Shown here: positions 1-10,754 of the stretch, one piece after another
Position numbering within the stretch: the first letter of the stretch is position 1
How the letters are laid out: each line of letters begins with the position of its first letter
Translations under genes and position numbers: made by a program
Notes under the pieces: generated by a model
What the model was told of the DNA's origin: nothing
What the model saw: only the letters and a program-made list of their open reading frames with translations
Databases searched by the model: none
Assembly (NCBI GenBank): GCA_963749155.1
Contig: CAVVLO010000002.1
Location: 768,001 to 832,000, forward strand
Reading direction: 5' to 3'
DNA from: an uncultured Armatimonadia bacterium
GTDB taxonomy: Bacteria > Armatimonadota > Zipacnadia > CAVVLO01
DNA length: 64,000 nucleotides

Positions 1-1
1 G

Positions 2-862
2 GTGAAGGTTGCTACGATGGGCTTTGGCGGGGTCAGCGACTGGTTCAACGAGGCGGTGGATCTTGGCCTGCTGAACCACTGCGATGCGCTGTCGATCCAT
101 CCGGGCTTCCACCCAAAGGCGCCCGAGTACTGGGACGGCTGGGGCGGCTGGAAGCTGCGCACGCAACTGGCTCGGACAAAACAGGCACTGGCCGATAAAC
201 TTGATATGGAACTCTGGATTGATGAAGTTTACGCTCCGACGACACCCGACCGCAGCCAGCTCGATTTGCGCACCGCCGCCGATTACCTGGTGCGCACCTA
301 CTGCCTGCTGCTGGCCGAGGGGGCGCGGTGCATCGAGTGGTACCAGTTTCAGGATGGTACCTGGTACGCTGCTGCGCCAGACCCAAAGGACATCGAATAC
401 AACTTCGGCGTCGTCTACCCCGACCTTTCGCCCAAGCCGCCGTACGTTGCCTTCGGCACGCTGACCGAGCAGCTCGAGGGAGCCGACTATGTGGGTCGTC
501 TCGAACTGGGCGATGAAGAACTCTACGGACTGCGCTTCGAGAGAGATGGCAAGCCAATTGATGTGCTGTGGAGCTACAAGGAGAAGCATGAGTGTGATGT
601 CGCCTGGTGGCCGCCAGAGCAGTATGCCGACGTCTCGCGGCATCCGATGGAACCCTGGCAGGAGCGCTGGAAGGCGCCCGTCTCGGTGAGCCTTCCAGCC
701 ACTCGAGAGGTCCAGGTCACCGACCTGATGGGCAACCCGCGACAGGTGGAATCAACAGATGGCCAAGTGACTCTCTTCCTGACCGGCTCGCCAGTATTCG
801 TGACCGGTCTAGGCGAATTACCTCTACGCCGAGAGGTCTGGCCTGACGATGCGCCGCTGTAG
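2..862 (+). CDS. C-terminal part of a clan GH-A-like glycoside hydrolase (GH39/GH5-like); 5' end outside window
   Basis: ORF open from the window edge; TIM-barrel-like motifs 'DALSIHP', 'LWIDE', 'EWYQFQD', 'FGVV..DLSPKP.Y' and C-terminal 'LTGSPVFV'. Confidence 0.55.
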   Translation: MKVATMGFGGVSDWFNEAVDLGLLNHCDALSIHPGFHPKAPEYWDGWGGWKLRTQLARTKQALADKLDMELWIDEVYAPTTPDRSQLDLRTAADYLVRTYCLLLAEGARCIEWYQFQDGTWYAAAPDPKDIEYNFGVVYPDLSPKPPYVAFGTLTEQLEGADYVGRLELGDEELYGLRFERDGKPIDVLWSYKEKHECDVAWWPPEQYADVSRHPMEPWQERWKAPVSVSLPATREVQVTDLMGNPRQVESTDGQVTLFLTGSPVFVTGLGELPLRREVWPDDAPL

Positions 863-872
863 CCCGGCCCTC

Positions 873-901
873 TTGCGCCGGAGGACGATTTGCCTTAAGA
901 T
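873..901 (+). promoter_or_regulatory. putative sigma70 promoter of tRNA-Ala(CGC)
   Basis: TTGCGC-N17-TAAGAT ending 13 nt before the tRNA. Confidence 0.45.
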
Positions 902-914
902 ACCGCTTGCTGGT

Positions 915-990
915 GGGGGCGTAGCTCAGTTGGGAGAGCGCATCCTTCGCAAGGATGAAGTCGGCAGTTCGATTCTGCTCGCCTCCACCA
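915..990 (+). tRNA. tRNA-Ala(CGC)
   Basis: Full cloverleaf: GGGGGCG/CGCCTCC acceptor with G3:U70, D arm GCTC/GAGC, anticodon arm CATCC-TTCGCAA-GGATG, TTCGATT T loop, encoded CCA. Confidence 0.97.
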
Positions 991-1041
991 ACTCTCAAAC
1001 CGCCCTCTCCTTGGTAACCAGCCCTCGCAAGGAGGCCCGGG

Positions 1042-3943
1042 ATGACGCTCCGACTGCTCGCTTGTCTGTTCTCACTGCTGCTTTGGGCCTCGCTAGTCCT
1101 CGCCGACAGCTCACCCGATCAAGGCAATGTCGTCTGGACAAATCCAAGCGCCAATTCAGCCGGTTCGATGCCCTTGGTAATGGCGTCATCGGGTTAAATG
1201 TCTGGGTCGAAGGGGGCGGCGATCTGCTGTGCTACCTCGCTCGACCTGACGCGCTGGAATGCTTACAACCGGCTGATGAAACTTGGTCGGCTGCGAATCC
1301 ACCTCGAGCCCAACCCCTTCGCCGCCGGAGCGCGCCTTCAAACAGGAACTGAAGCTCTCTGAGGGAGTTATCAATATCACCGCAGGCAGAGTTGGTAGCC
1401 AGGTACGCCTCAGGCTGTGGGTAGATGCGAATCATCCTGTCGTGTGGCTGGAGGCCGATTCAGACAAGCCGATAAAGCTGACTGCCACGATAGAAGAATG
1501 GCGCATCGAGCGCGAGATAACGAATGGGACCGAGGCGTAGTAGCTCCTGGTATTGCGCCGGTACTGTGCCGATTTTCGAGCATCCTGTCACGGTGGTAGA
1601 GCGCTTCCCCGATGCGGCTGTCTGGTACGACCGCAACGAGACCTCGAACCTGGCAACTCGGACTGCGTCAGCAGGGGTTACAAGGATTGATTGAGAAGGA
1701 GCAGGACCCCCTTCTTCACCGAACTTTTGGCGGCTGGCTGGAGGGCACTGGGCTCACGCGCACCAGGCCACTTACGCTGACTTCCAAAACACCTCAAAGC
1801 CAGTTCCTGCTTAGGCTGACTACCCACCAGGCGCAGACTCCAACCAGCGGCGCCTGGGTGCAGCAACTGGCCTCTTTGGCCGAAGAGACACGCTACCTGG
1901 AGGTGCGGCAGGCCTGGGAAGCCCACCGGGCCTGGTGGCAGGCCTTTTGGGAGCGCAGTTTCATCCACATCACAAGCATCTCGACGGACTGGCAGGCGAA
2001 GGCATCAGCGCCTACGGTACCGACAGAGCTGCCCCTGCGCTTCGGCGCCGACCAGTATGGAGGCAATCTGCTGCGCGGGATGCTCTCGGATGTGCGCCTC
2101 TACAATCGGGCTCTCTCCCCTGAAGAATTTACCACTCACGCCAAGGGAGAATATCTCGCCTCAGAAGCCGGCCTGGTGGCTCATTGGCCGTTGTCGGAGC
2201 TTTCGGCTGGTGCAAGTCCGAGGCAACCGGCCTGGGCTTCAGGGCGCTCGCCCAGGGCGAGGTTACGCCAGTTTCCGTCGCTGGCCGCAAGGGCCTGAAA
2301 CTCGCTGGGGGCTTCCTCGAAGTTGCGGATGCCGACACGCTGGACCTGTCCCAGGCGGGCACTGCCGAGTGCTGGGTTGCGCCCGATGCCTTTGATCCAG
2401 CAGGCTCTCGGCTTTTGGACAAGTGTACTACTGGCGGAAAGGCTGGCTGGATGCTCGATACCTATCCCGCTGACTCGCTCCGGCTCATCCTCGACAGCGG
2501 CACGCTCGACCTTCCCCGCCAGGCTTCCCCTTGGTCAGATGGAGCCATGTCGCCGCTGTCTGGGGACCCGGCGTTAGTGCGCTTTACGTCAACGGAACGC
2601 GCGTGGCAGGCAACGCGCCAGGCCAGGAGGAGGCCTCTAGTCTGCTTACGCGCGGTTATACCTTGCAGCGCTACATCGCGGCTGCCAGTAGCAGAGGAGA
2701 GCTACCGCCCAAATTCAACGGGTCACTGTTCACCTTCGATGCGAAGTATATCGACCCCGGTCTCGACTTCAACCCGGACTGGCGGCGATGGGCGGGTGGC
2801 GATTACTGGCACCAGAACACTCGGCTCATCTACTGGCCGATGTTGGTCTCTGGCGATGCGGACCTGATGCGACCTTCTTCTCGATGTATGAGAAAGCCTT
2901 GCCGCTGGCGATGTACCGCAACCAGGTCTGGTTCGGCTGCGAGGGCGCCTTCTTCCCAGAGACGATGGCCTTCTGGGGCGTCTTTGGGATGAACGATTAT
3001 GGCATCAACCGGGGTGACCTGCCACTCTTGGTTTGCAACCAATCCCTGTATCAACCTGCACTGGCAGGGCAACCTCGAGAACGCCCTGATGCTGCTCGAT
3101 CTACTGGGATTTCACGCAGGATAGGATCTTCTTCAAGCAGACCGCCGCACCGTTGCTGACCGCATGTCTGCTTCATTATGAGCAGCGGTTCGGGCGCGAT
3201 GCCGCCGGCAAGCTGCGCATCGAGCCGGCTTCGGCGCTCGAAACACGTCTCGACTGCGTGAATCCCCTGCCCGATGTGGCCGGACTACATGCAGTCGTGC
3301 CACGGATACTTGCACTGCCAAAATCCCTTGCCCCGCCAGAACTCCAGGCCGTAGCAGAACGACTGCTGCCCCTCCTGCCAGAAATTCCAGTGAAGCAAGC
3401 CGGAGACCAGTCTGTTTTCGAGCCGGCCGAGGAATATGGCAGCGCCTGAACAATGTCGAGAACCCTGAACTCTACGCCATATTCCCCTATCGGCTTTGTA
3501 CCTTTGCGACCGCAGACAGGCAGGTGGGCATCACAAGTTTCAAGCAGCGGAGGAACCAGGACAATATGGGCTGGCATCAGAGCGGCGAACAGGCGGCCTT
3601 GCTGGGCCTGGCGGACGAGGCAGGCAGCATCGCGCTGGCTTATGCGGGTCGCAAGAACGAGGCAAGTCGCTTCCCCGCTTTCTGGGGGCCAAACTACGAC
3701 TGGGTGCCCGACCAGGACCACGGCAGCAACCTGATGCTGACGCTGCAACATATGCTACTGCAGTATGAGGGCAGGAAAATCTACCTGCTGCCCGCGTGGC
3801 CCGAGGGGTGGGATGTAGAGTTTCGCCTGCATGCGCCTTTCGACACCACAGTCGAAGGGAAGGTCGAGGCCGGCAAGCTAACAGACCTGAAAGTGACGCC
3901 AGAGGCACGCCGGAGTGACTTAATCGTCTGTGGAGAGCACTAG
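1042..3943 (+). CDS. secreted DUF5703/GH95-like glycoside hydrolase with inserted LamG-like domains; split by several indels
   Basis: AGGAGG RBS then ATG + signal peptide (MTLRLLACLFSLLLWASLVLA). Fragments in successive frames give 'LGNG.IGLNVWVE', 'KFNGSLFT', 'YWHQNTRLIYWPML', 'RFPAFWGPNYDWVPDQDHG', 'LLPAWPEGWDVEFRLHAP'; LamG-like 'DVRLYNRALS', 'WSHVAAVW'. Confidence 0.75.
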
Positions 3944-6162
3944 CCCGAGTGCCTGTAGCGCTGGACGATCTCTTCCTGGTTGGCTCTCTCGAGCAGGACG
4001 AAACGTGCCGAGAAGCCTCCCACGCGGACGATGAGCTCCGGATGGCGCTCCGGATGGTCGAGGGCTTCTTCCAGGTCGGCCACGCTGGTTGTGTTGCCCT
4101 GCAGGATCATCCCGCCCCCCTCGAGGAAGCGCTTGAGGACGGTCTTCATACGCTCGGGCGTGGCCCAGGCAGGATCGACGTCCCACATCGTGGTCGCACC
4201 GCCCGCAACGCAATCGAAATCGAGCGAGCAACACGAGTTGAGGGCCGCGGTCAGCCCCTCTGTCATTCCCCGCCGCTGGGGAGTCATCCCATGCCCGATA
4301 GTCTCTCCCGCCAGGGAGCCATCCGGCCGCGCGCCGAGTTCCGCGCTCGCCCAGGGCGTCCAGACGAAGTTGAAAAGCATCGGCTTCAGCAACCCGCCGA
4401 ACCGCGTCTTCGTCGCCGTTGCCGCCTCGCAGACCGTGTGAAGTACCCGGTCGCACAGCGCGTCGGTGACGGGGTCTTCCTTCCCGTATTTGGGCAGCCT
4501 GAGTAGACGCGCGCGCAGTGCCCTGTGGCCCTCGAAATTGGCCCGAAGCGCTGCAAGCAGCTCCTCCGCCGTGGCGAAGCCTTCCTCGAAAAGGGCCGTC
4601 TTCAGCCCCGCCAGCGCATCCGCCACCGTAGCGATACCAAGCGGCGCGAAGCCATAATCATGGTACCGGGCGCCGCCCTCTTGCTGCTCGAGTCCGCGCT
4701 CGAGGCAGTCGTCCACCAGGCTGGAAAGCAGATAACAAGGGCGATAGCGCGCAGCGAGTTTGGTGTGGATATCCAGTGCCATGCCCATCTGGGCCAGGTC
4801 GCCCTGTACCACTTGCCCGAAGGCCGCATACAGCTCCTCGAAGCTTGCATACCCCGTCAAGTCGTGGGGCAGGTCCAGCCGGCGCTCGCCAGAGAGCAGG
4901 TCCACGCCGCCGGTAAGCACCAGTTCGAGGCGCTTGGCGACGTTATAGACGCGAGTAAAGTTGAAATCGCTGGCACGCCCCTGCACACTTATCTCCATAC
5001 ACCCGCCGGCCATATAATCCACTGCGTCAGAACGCGGCACACCGGAGGTTTCAATGGCCGCAAGGCAAGCGCGGTCGCTGTAGAGCTGCGCGCGGTTCTC
5101 GCCCTCCAGCAGATAGCGCACTGAGAGGTCCAAAAAGGCTTCGTCCTCTGTCTCCGGGAGCCTTACATAGACCGAGGGATGGGTCTGACGCAGCCCAATT
5201 ATTGATTCAATTATCAGGTGAGAGAGGGGATTCACCGCTGAGGCGCCCTCGGCATCGGTGCCTCCGACAGTGACGGCCTCCACCCAGCCATCACCAGGCT
5301 GCAGGCGCTCGTGGAAGCGCACCAAAACCTCGTCCACCAGGTCACGGGCTTCTTGCCAGGTGATTCGTCCCGCCTTCAAGTCAGCCTCAAGGTACGGCCA
5401 CAGCAACTGGTCTATCCTGCCCGGCCCATTGCCGCCATAGGGGTTCTCAAACATCACGGCCAGATGCTGAAAATGGAAACACTGCAGTGCTTCGTGGAAG
5501 GTCCGGGCAGGAGAGCGAGGCACTCGCTCACAGACGGCGATGAGCTCCTCCAGCCGCTTCCTCTCGGAACCGGAAGCCTGGCTTGCCGCCTCTCGCAGAG
5601 CTGCGACATGAGCCTCGTTCCAGCGAAGCACGGCTTTCCACAGTAGCAAGGCGCCTTTATAGAGTCGCTTCGCCTGCCTGGTCCTGGCCCCGGCGAGTAG
5701 TTCCCTCAGCCGGACTATCAGTCCTTCGATCCCTTCTTCGAGCAGTATCTCCCAGCGCCAGCCAATGTGGCCAAAGGCTCCTGGACCGGCAATGACAGGA
5801 TCCGTCCCCGCTGGCAAACGCTCCACTGTCATATGATAAGTGTCATACCGAGCCAGTTCGGCATCGGTCTCGGGTGAAAGACCAGGCTGGGGAGATATCT
5901 GGTAAAGCATCCCGACAAGCTGTTCATCAGGAAAAAGGTAGACCGGCTCCTGCTCGAGAGCGAAAGCAAGCGCCCTGGCATAGCGCTCCCAATAAGGCCG
6001 TCGCGCAAAACGACCGCAGAAGGCCTCGGCGAAGTGTTTCCTGCGCGGGCTTGCAGGAGGAGTAGCGCCACGCTCGCGACTGGCGGTCACAAAGCGCTTC
6101 AATCGAGCCGTTAACTCGGTGGGTTCGAGCAACTGCTGAGGTGTCTTTGCGGTAATGCTCAT
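3940..6162 (-). CDS. glycyl radical enzyme (PFL/PflD-like family)
   Basis: C-terminal Gly-radical loop 'LIVRVGGFSARF', single-Cys loop 'GGCMEISV', 'GRIDQLLWPY', 'PKYG'; start placed at ATG 6162 after GGGAGA. Confidence 0.9.
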   Translation of the reverse strand: MSITAKTPQQLLEPTELTARLKRFVTASRERGATPPASPRRKHFAEAFCGRFARRPYWERYARALAFALEQEPVYLFPDEQLVGMLYQISPQPGLSPETDAELARYDTYHMTVERLPAGTDPVIAGPGAFGHIGWRWEILLEEGIEGLIVRLRELLAGARTRQAKRLYKGALLLWKAVLRWNEAHVAALREAASQASGSERKRLEELIAVCERVPRSPARTFHEALQCFHFQHLAVMFENPYGGNGPGRIDQLLWPYLEADLKAGRITWQEARDLVDEVLVRFHERLQPGDGWVEAVTVGGTDAEGASAVNPLSHLIIESIIGLRQTHPSVYVRLPETEDEAFLDLSVRYLLEGENRAQLYSDRACLAAIETSGVPRSDAVDYMAGGCMEISVQGRASDFNFTRVYNVAKRLELVLTGGVDLLSGERRLDLPHDLTGYASFEELYAAFGQVVQGDLAQMGMALDIHTKLAARYRPCYLLSSLVDDCLERGLEQQEGGARYHDYGFAPLGIATVADALAGLKTALFEEGFATAEELLAALRANFEGHRALRARLLRLPKYGKEDPVTDALCDRVLHTVCEAATATKTRFGGLLKPMLFNFVWTPWASAELGARPDGSLAGETIGHGMTPQRRGMTEGLTAALNSCCSLDFDCVAGGATTMWDVDPAWATPERMKTVLKRFLEGGGMILQGNTTSVADLEEALDHPERHPELIVRVGGFSARFVLLERANQEEIVQRYRHSG

Positions 6163-6322
6163 TGGCCAAATCTCCCAGCTTGTCCTTGTCCGGTAATTCC
6201 CCACTGGTATTCTATCAGAGCGGTTGTAAACCTTTTGTTGCGCCTGGCTTCGTAGTCCCGGAGAGTTGGTAATATCACCTCAGAGCGATAAGAACTTACT
6301 GCTCCTAATCTTGTGATAGAAG

Positions 6323-6562
6323 GTGGGACAAATGGGCTTCGCAGCACCCGCAATCGCACTCCTCCTCATAGTAATCGGGTACGCGTCGGGCTCGAGTCTG
6401 CTCTTCGGAGCGCTTCGTCCGCTGATTGGCACTGCCTGTGAGTGGGTCGGTCTCCAGATGACGTCCACGATGGTTGATATCACTGCGATCGCAATATTCG
6501 GTTGCATCGCCTTGTCGCTTGTTGTGACGCTCTGGCGTCGCTCTGTCCCATCCTATCTTTAG
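6323..6562 (+). CDS. small hypothetical membrane protein
   Basis: 79-aa ORF with two hydrophobic stretches, preceded by GAAGGTGG. Confidence 0.4.
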   Translation: MGQMGFAAPAIALLLIVIGYASGSSLLFGALRPLIGTACEWVGLQMTSTMVDITAIAIFGCIALSLVVTLWRRSVPSYL

Positions 6563-6706
6563 GGGGTACGTCCAGTCCCATCCAGGCCCTGTCCGGCTTG
6601 CCGGGCAGGGCTTTGGCTTGCTGCGGGGAAAGTCATATGCATAAAAGAAGCATTAGAAGTTATAAGCAGTTTCGCACATCACTCTTGCTAATATAGGTGA
6701 GTCTGA

Positions 6707-7519
6707 GTGGCAACTCCCAAAATAGAAGCACTAGCTTTGAGAGCTTTACCAAAGCTTGTGTTTCTTGCCCAGTCACGCAACACAACAACTTATGGTGAAC
6801 TGGCTTCCGAGCTTGGTACCCATCACCGAGTCATAAACCATGTGCTCGGATGTATCAGAGACGATATTTGCATGCCTCGCAAGTTGCCAATTCTAAACGT
6901 TCTGGTGGTAAATAAAATGACCAGATTACCTGGCGCAAGTTTCCTGCCGGGAGGCGGTAAAACTGGAAGGAGATACTGCTCTCAGAGAGTTCGAACGATT
7001 GCGAGATGAAGCTTTCACATATTCAGAATGGGACACATTACTCAATGAACTAGGTCTCACACAGGAGCCGTTATCGTCAGAGCAAGCTACAGAACTCGGC
7101 CAAGCTTACCTTGCATGGGAGAAGAAGCAGAGTGGTGGAGGAGAAGGCGAGGATCATCGGCAATTGAAGAACTATCTTGCCGAGAACCCGGCTGATCTTG
7201 GGTCATAGATCCATGTGCCTGTCCTCAGGTGGAGCGCCAATTCCTCTCCGGCGACGTCTGCGACCTGGTTTTCGTCACACCTGAGGAAGCAGTGGTTGTA
7301 GAGGTGAAGAAGGGCCAGACTGGTGAGCTAGTGAAGGGTGTCCACCAAGGAATTAAATATCGTGCCCTACTGGAGGCCGAGCTTAGCCAAAAGGATTATG
7401 TGCCTATTCGTGTTGTGCTGGCAGCCTACACGATGCCTTTCGAAATAGTCGATTACGCTCATAGGTTTGATATTCAAAGCCTTTGTGTAGAGCGTAGTTC
7501 AATGAAACTGCATGACTAG
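6707..7519 (+). CDS. wHTH + PD-(D/E)XK endonuclease-like protein (three frame-split ORFs: 6707-7009, 6999-7208, 7229-7519)
   Basis: N-term 'TTTYGELASELG...LGCI..DIC...LPILNVLVVNK..LPG', middle 'GGGEGEDHRQLKNYLAENP', C-term 'SGDVCDLVF...VVVEVK...GVHQGIKYRALLEAE'; region visibly AT-richer than flanks. Confidence 0.7.
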
Positions 7520-7530
7520 CTTCTCAAACC

Positions 7531-7566
7531 AGCGAGCCGCCGACCTTGGTGCCGGCGGCTCGTTTG
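7531..7566. terminator. intrinsic terminator hairpin between convergent genes
   Basis: CGAGCCGCCG-N10-CGGCGGCTCG followed by TTTG. Confidence 0.6.
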
Positions 7567-7589
7567 TGTATCTCGATGTATGCAAGACA

Positions 7590-8936
7590 TTATTCCATAA
7601 GCTGCCTGGTTGCGCCTCGATAATCGGCTTTCAGGTTGCCCTCGGCGTCATACTCGGAAGCCGCGTGACGGAAGGCCATCACATCAGCCAGTGGATACCG
7701 GCAGCACCAGCCTTCCTTCCCACTGCCTTCCTCTGAGCGAACCGGGAAACCGAGGAACGCCAGCAGCAGGTTCAGTGGATCCATCTTTACCGCGCCCGCG
7801 ATCGCATCGCTCCGGTTGAGGAAGATGCGCATCCAGGTTTTGTTGTACTCATATACCGGATCGCCGATCTCGTTGCCGCGCGCCGAAGCTACGGAGCTAT
7901 CCTCAAGGTCTATCAGCTCCCAGGCCGACAGGTTGCCAGAGCGCCCCTCCAGCACGAACCCATACACACCATCCTGGTACATATGGAACAGGTTGTAATC
8001 CAGCTTGACCTGGTCGTTCACAAGGCCATTCTTTGGCACTCCGCGCGCGTCCAGACGCTTCTCATAGAATTGGTTGTTGACCCCGTTGAAGTCGCCCCAG
8101 GCGAAAATATTATGGTGGATGTCACAGTTGGTATAGGGGTGAACTCGGACGCCCGACCCGCCTGCCGTCGTCTTCCAGGCGAAAACGAAGGTATTGTGGT
8201 GGATGGAGAAGTCGCACCGGTTCTGCTTGTTGTCGGTCTTGCATACGGCGTCGAGTTGGTGATGGACTCCATTCACGAACACGTTGTTGTAAACCTCGAA
8301 CTTAGACCCAGGCCGGCCCGAAAGGATAGCCCCCGGCGCAACGCCTGGATTGAGGAAGGTGCAGTTGCGCACGATGCCGGTTGCGCCAGAGGCGATCTCC
8401 AACATCAGCAGTGTATCGTTGGGTGTCTGGTCGGTGCGCAGTGTTGGGTTCTCGGGGTCCTCGAAGTACTTATTACGAGGCCCGCCATCGAAGACCAGTC
8501 CGTCGATTGTAATGCCTCCAAGCCCGAAAGCGCTATCACCCGACTCGTCCTTGATGCCCTGGAACTCAGCCTCGGGCCAGCGCTCTGATTTGTTGGATTC
8601 GGAGTCATCCCAGGCCAGCAGTGAGATGGTCCCGAAGGGATCGCGCGCGGTGAACTCTTCGTTATAGCCCCCCACAAAGGTGAGGTTATTCTTCTCGATG
8701 ACCCAGTGCCCGCACTTGGCCAGGCCAGGATAATGACCTGCGGCGATGCGGATGGTATCGCCGGGCTGAGTCTGTTTCACAGCCTCTTCGATGGCTTTGT
8801 AGGGGTTGGCGATGCTGCCATCGCCTGACTTGTTCGAGCCCCGACTGACCGAAACATACCAGTCAGCAGCAAATAATTGGGTTACCAGTAGCAAAAGCAA
8901 GAGCAACACGAGTGGCGAAGTGAGTCGAAGCTTCAT
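7590..8936 (-). CDS. secreted right-handed beta-helix (DUF1565/pectin-lyase-like) protein
   Basis: Signal peptide, 'WYVS...GDGSIANPYKAIEEAV...PGDTIRIAAGHY', repeated 'NNVF/HNTF/HNIF' beta-helix rungs; start at 8936 after GGGGAGG. Confidence 0.7.
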   Translation of the reverse strand: MKLRLTSPLVLLLLLLLVTQLFAADWYVSVSRGSNKSGDGSIANPYKAIEEAVKQTQPGDTIRIAAGHYPGLAKCGHWVIEKNNLTFVGGYNEEFTARDPFGTISLLAWDDSESNKSERWPEAEFQGIKDESGDSAFGLGGITIDGLVFDGGPRNKYFEDPENPTLRTDQTPNDTLLMLEIASGATGIVRNCTFLNPGVAPGAILSGRPGSKFEVYNNVFVNGVHHQLDAVCKTDNKQNRCDFSIHHNTFVFAWKTTAGGSGVRVHPYTNCDIHHNIFAWGDFNGVNNQFYEKRLDARGVPKNGLVNDQVKLDYNLFHMYQDGVYGFVLEGRSGNLSAWELIDLEDSSVASARGNEIGDPVYEYNKTWMRIFLNRSDAIAGAVKMDPLNLLLAFLGFPVRSEEGSGKEGWCCRYPLADVMAFRHAASEYDAEGNLKADYRGATRQLME

Positions 8937-9024
8937 AATAATCCTCCCCTGCGCGCCTTCGAAAGACGCCTTCTTGAGCACCTGAATCTTAATTCGGAAG
9001 CGAGTATTCGCTCTCCTGCTTTAC

Positions 9025-10661
9025 CTAAAGGCCAAAAACCGGTTCTAGCCAGATTTCTTTCAGATTCATAACAGCAAAATTGGCCAGATTGGTGGGCTTA
9101 AGAGTCAGGTGGAGAGTGCCCGCCAGCAGGTTTACCTCGCCAAGGGGCAGCTCCACATACTTATACCAGTCGCCAGTTGCGGGTACTGTGCCAGCAAGGC
9201 TCTGGCCACCCACTTTTATCTCGAAGGTCGAACCTGCCTCTGCATCTGGCGCGCCCGCAAGGACGGTCACCTTATAACGGCCCTCAAGCTGCACCAGCAT
9301 TTCCCACTCAGGATAGTCAGCCGGATCCACCCAAAAACCCAGGTCGCCCTTATCAGCCTGATAACGCAACTTGCCGCCCCGGATAGTCGCCTGATTTGCC
9401 GTCAGGTGAAATACTCCTTGCTCATCCGCGCGAAGGGAGTTATCTACCACGGGCGCGCCGGCCAGTTCGACTACCACTACCGTGTCAATCAGGTCAGGCG
9501 CAATCTCCGGCAGCACCAGTTGCTGAAGGCCAGGCAGACCTTCAACCACTACCGGCAGACCGCTTCTCAGTAACCAGGCTTTCTTCACTGGGGTCAGTAA
9601 CCGTGATCAGCTCGATCCGGCCCGTCTGCCGGCCAATCGAAGAGATGCAGATAAAGCGTCTTGCCTCTGCTCGTGCAACCTGCGACCCCCGCCGGTGGAG
9701 GAATCAGGGGGGTTGGGCCTGTGCCGTAAACTGACTTGCCATTTTGTGCCAGCCAGGCGCCCATCTGACGCAGCCTTGTGCGCTGTGGCAGGGGTATCTC
9801 CCCCGTCGGCAGCGGCCCTACATTCAAAAGGTAATTGCCGCCCTTGCTAACGATATCTACCAATTTCTGCGTGAGCTCGGTCGCGGATTTGTAACCAAGG
9901 TCGTAAGAGTTATGCCCCCAACTGCCGTTTATGGTCATGCAAGTCTCCCAGGGGCGCTCGGATTTCGCTACCGACCAGTCGGGGATAGTCTGCTCGGGCG
10001 TGCCGAAATCAGCGGGGAGATTGCTGCGGTCGTTGATTACGATGCCCGGCTGGAGCTCTCGCAGCATCGCAAGCACCTCTTCAGAGTGGATCTCCTCAGG
10101 TGTATGCTCCCAGCCTCCATCGAACCACAATACATCCAGTCTGCCATACCGGGTGCAAAGCTCTCTGAGCTGGGGAATCATATATTCACGCACATACCGG
10201 TCGAAGTCGCTCTTGTAGAGCGGATGATGCCAGTCGAGGATGGAATAATAGACGCCAAATTTGAGCCCCTGCCGCCGGCATGCCTCGTTTAGTTCCTTTA
10301 CAAAGTCGCGCCCGCAATATTTGCCCGCGTCATAGTCGGTGAACTCGCTGTCGAACATACAGAAGCCATCATGATGCTTGCTGGTCAGCACGACATATTT
10401 CTGACCCGCGGCTTTGGCCAGACTGGCCCATTCATCGGCGTTGAACTTGTCCGGATGGAAGCGTGGCGCCAGGCGCTCGTATGTCTCGACAGGGATCTGC
10501 TCCACATGCATCGCCCATTCACCATGGCCGAGTACCGAGTAGATGCCCCAATGGATAAACATCCCAAACCGGGCGTCCTGCCACCAGTCCAGATGAGAGT
10601 CCGCGGCAAGGCCAGGCAGGCAGAGAGCGAACAGAAGGCTGAGAAGGAGCAAAGCGCGCAT
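9025..10661 (-). CDS. GH29 alpha-L-fucosidase with C-terminal CBM-like domain (frameshift near 9590)
   Basis: 'WWQDARFGMFIHWG', 'LTSKHHDGF', 'LWFDGGW', 'INDR', 'WETCMTIN.SWG', 'GGNYLLNVGP'; ORF 9025-9588 continues the protein. Confidence 0.9.
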
Positions 10662-10754
10662 TGGAGCCACCTCCAGTTTTGGGTGGGACAATTGCAGGAT
10701 TGGCGGTGTTCGAGCGAAATCCTGCCCTAAGTGCGAGTCAGGAGAGTGAGCAGG

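Noticed and set aside
1528..1545. In-frame TAG TAG (and TGA at about 3447) in the GH95-like gene as stop-codon recoding
   Set aside because: Homology continues in a different frame after each stop, so these are indels; TAG, TGA and TAA all end intact genes elsewhere in the window
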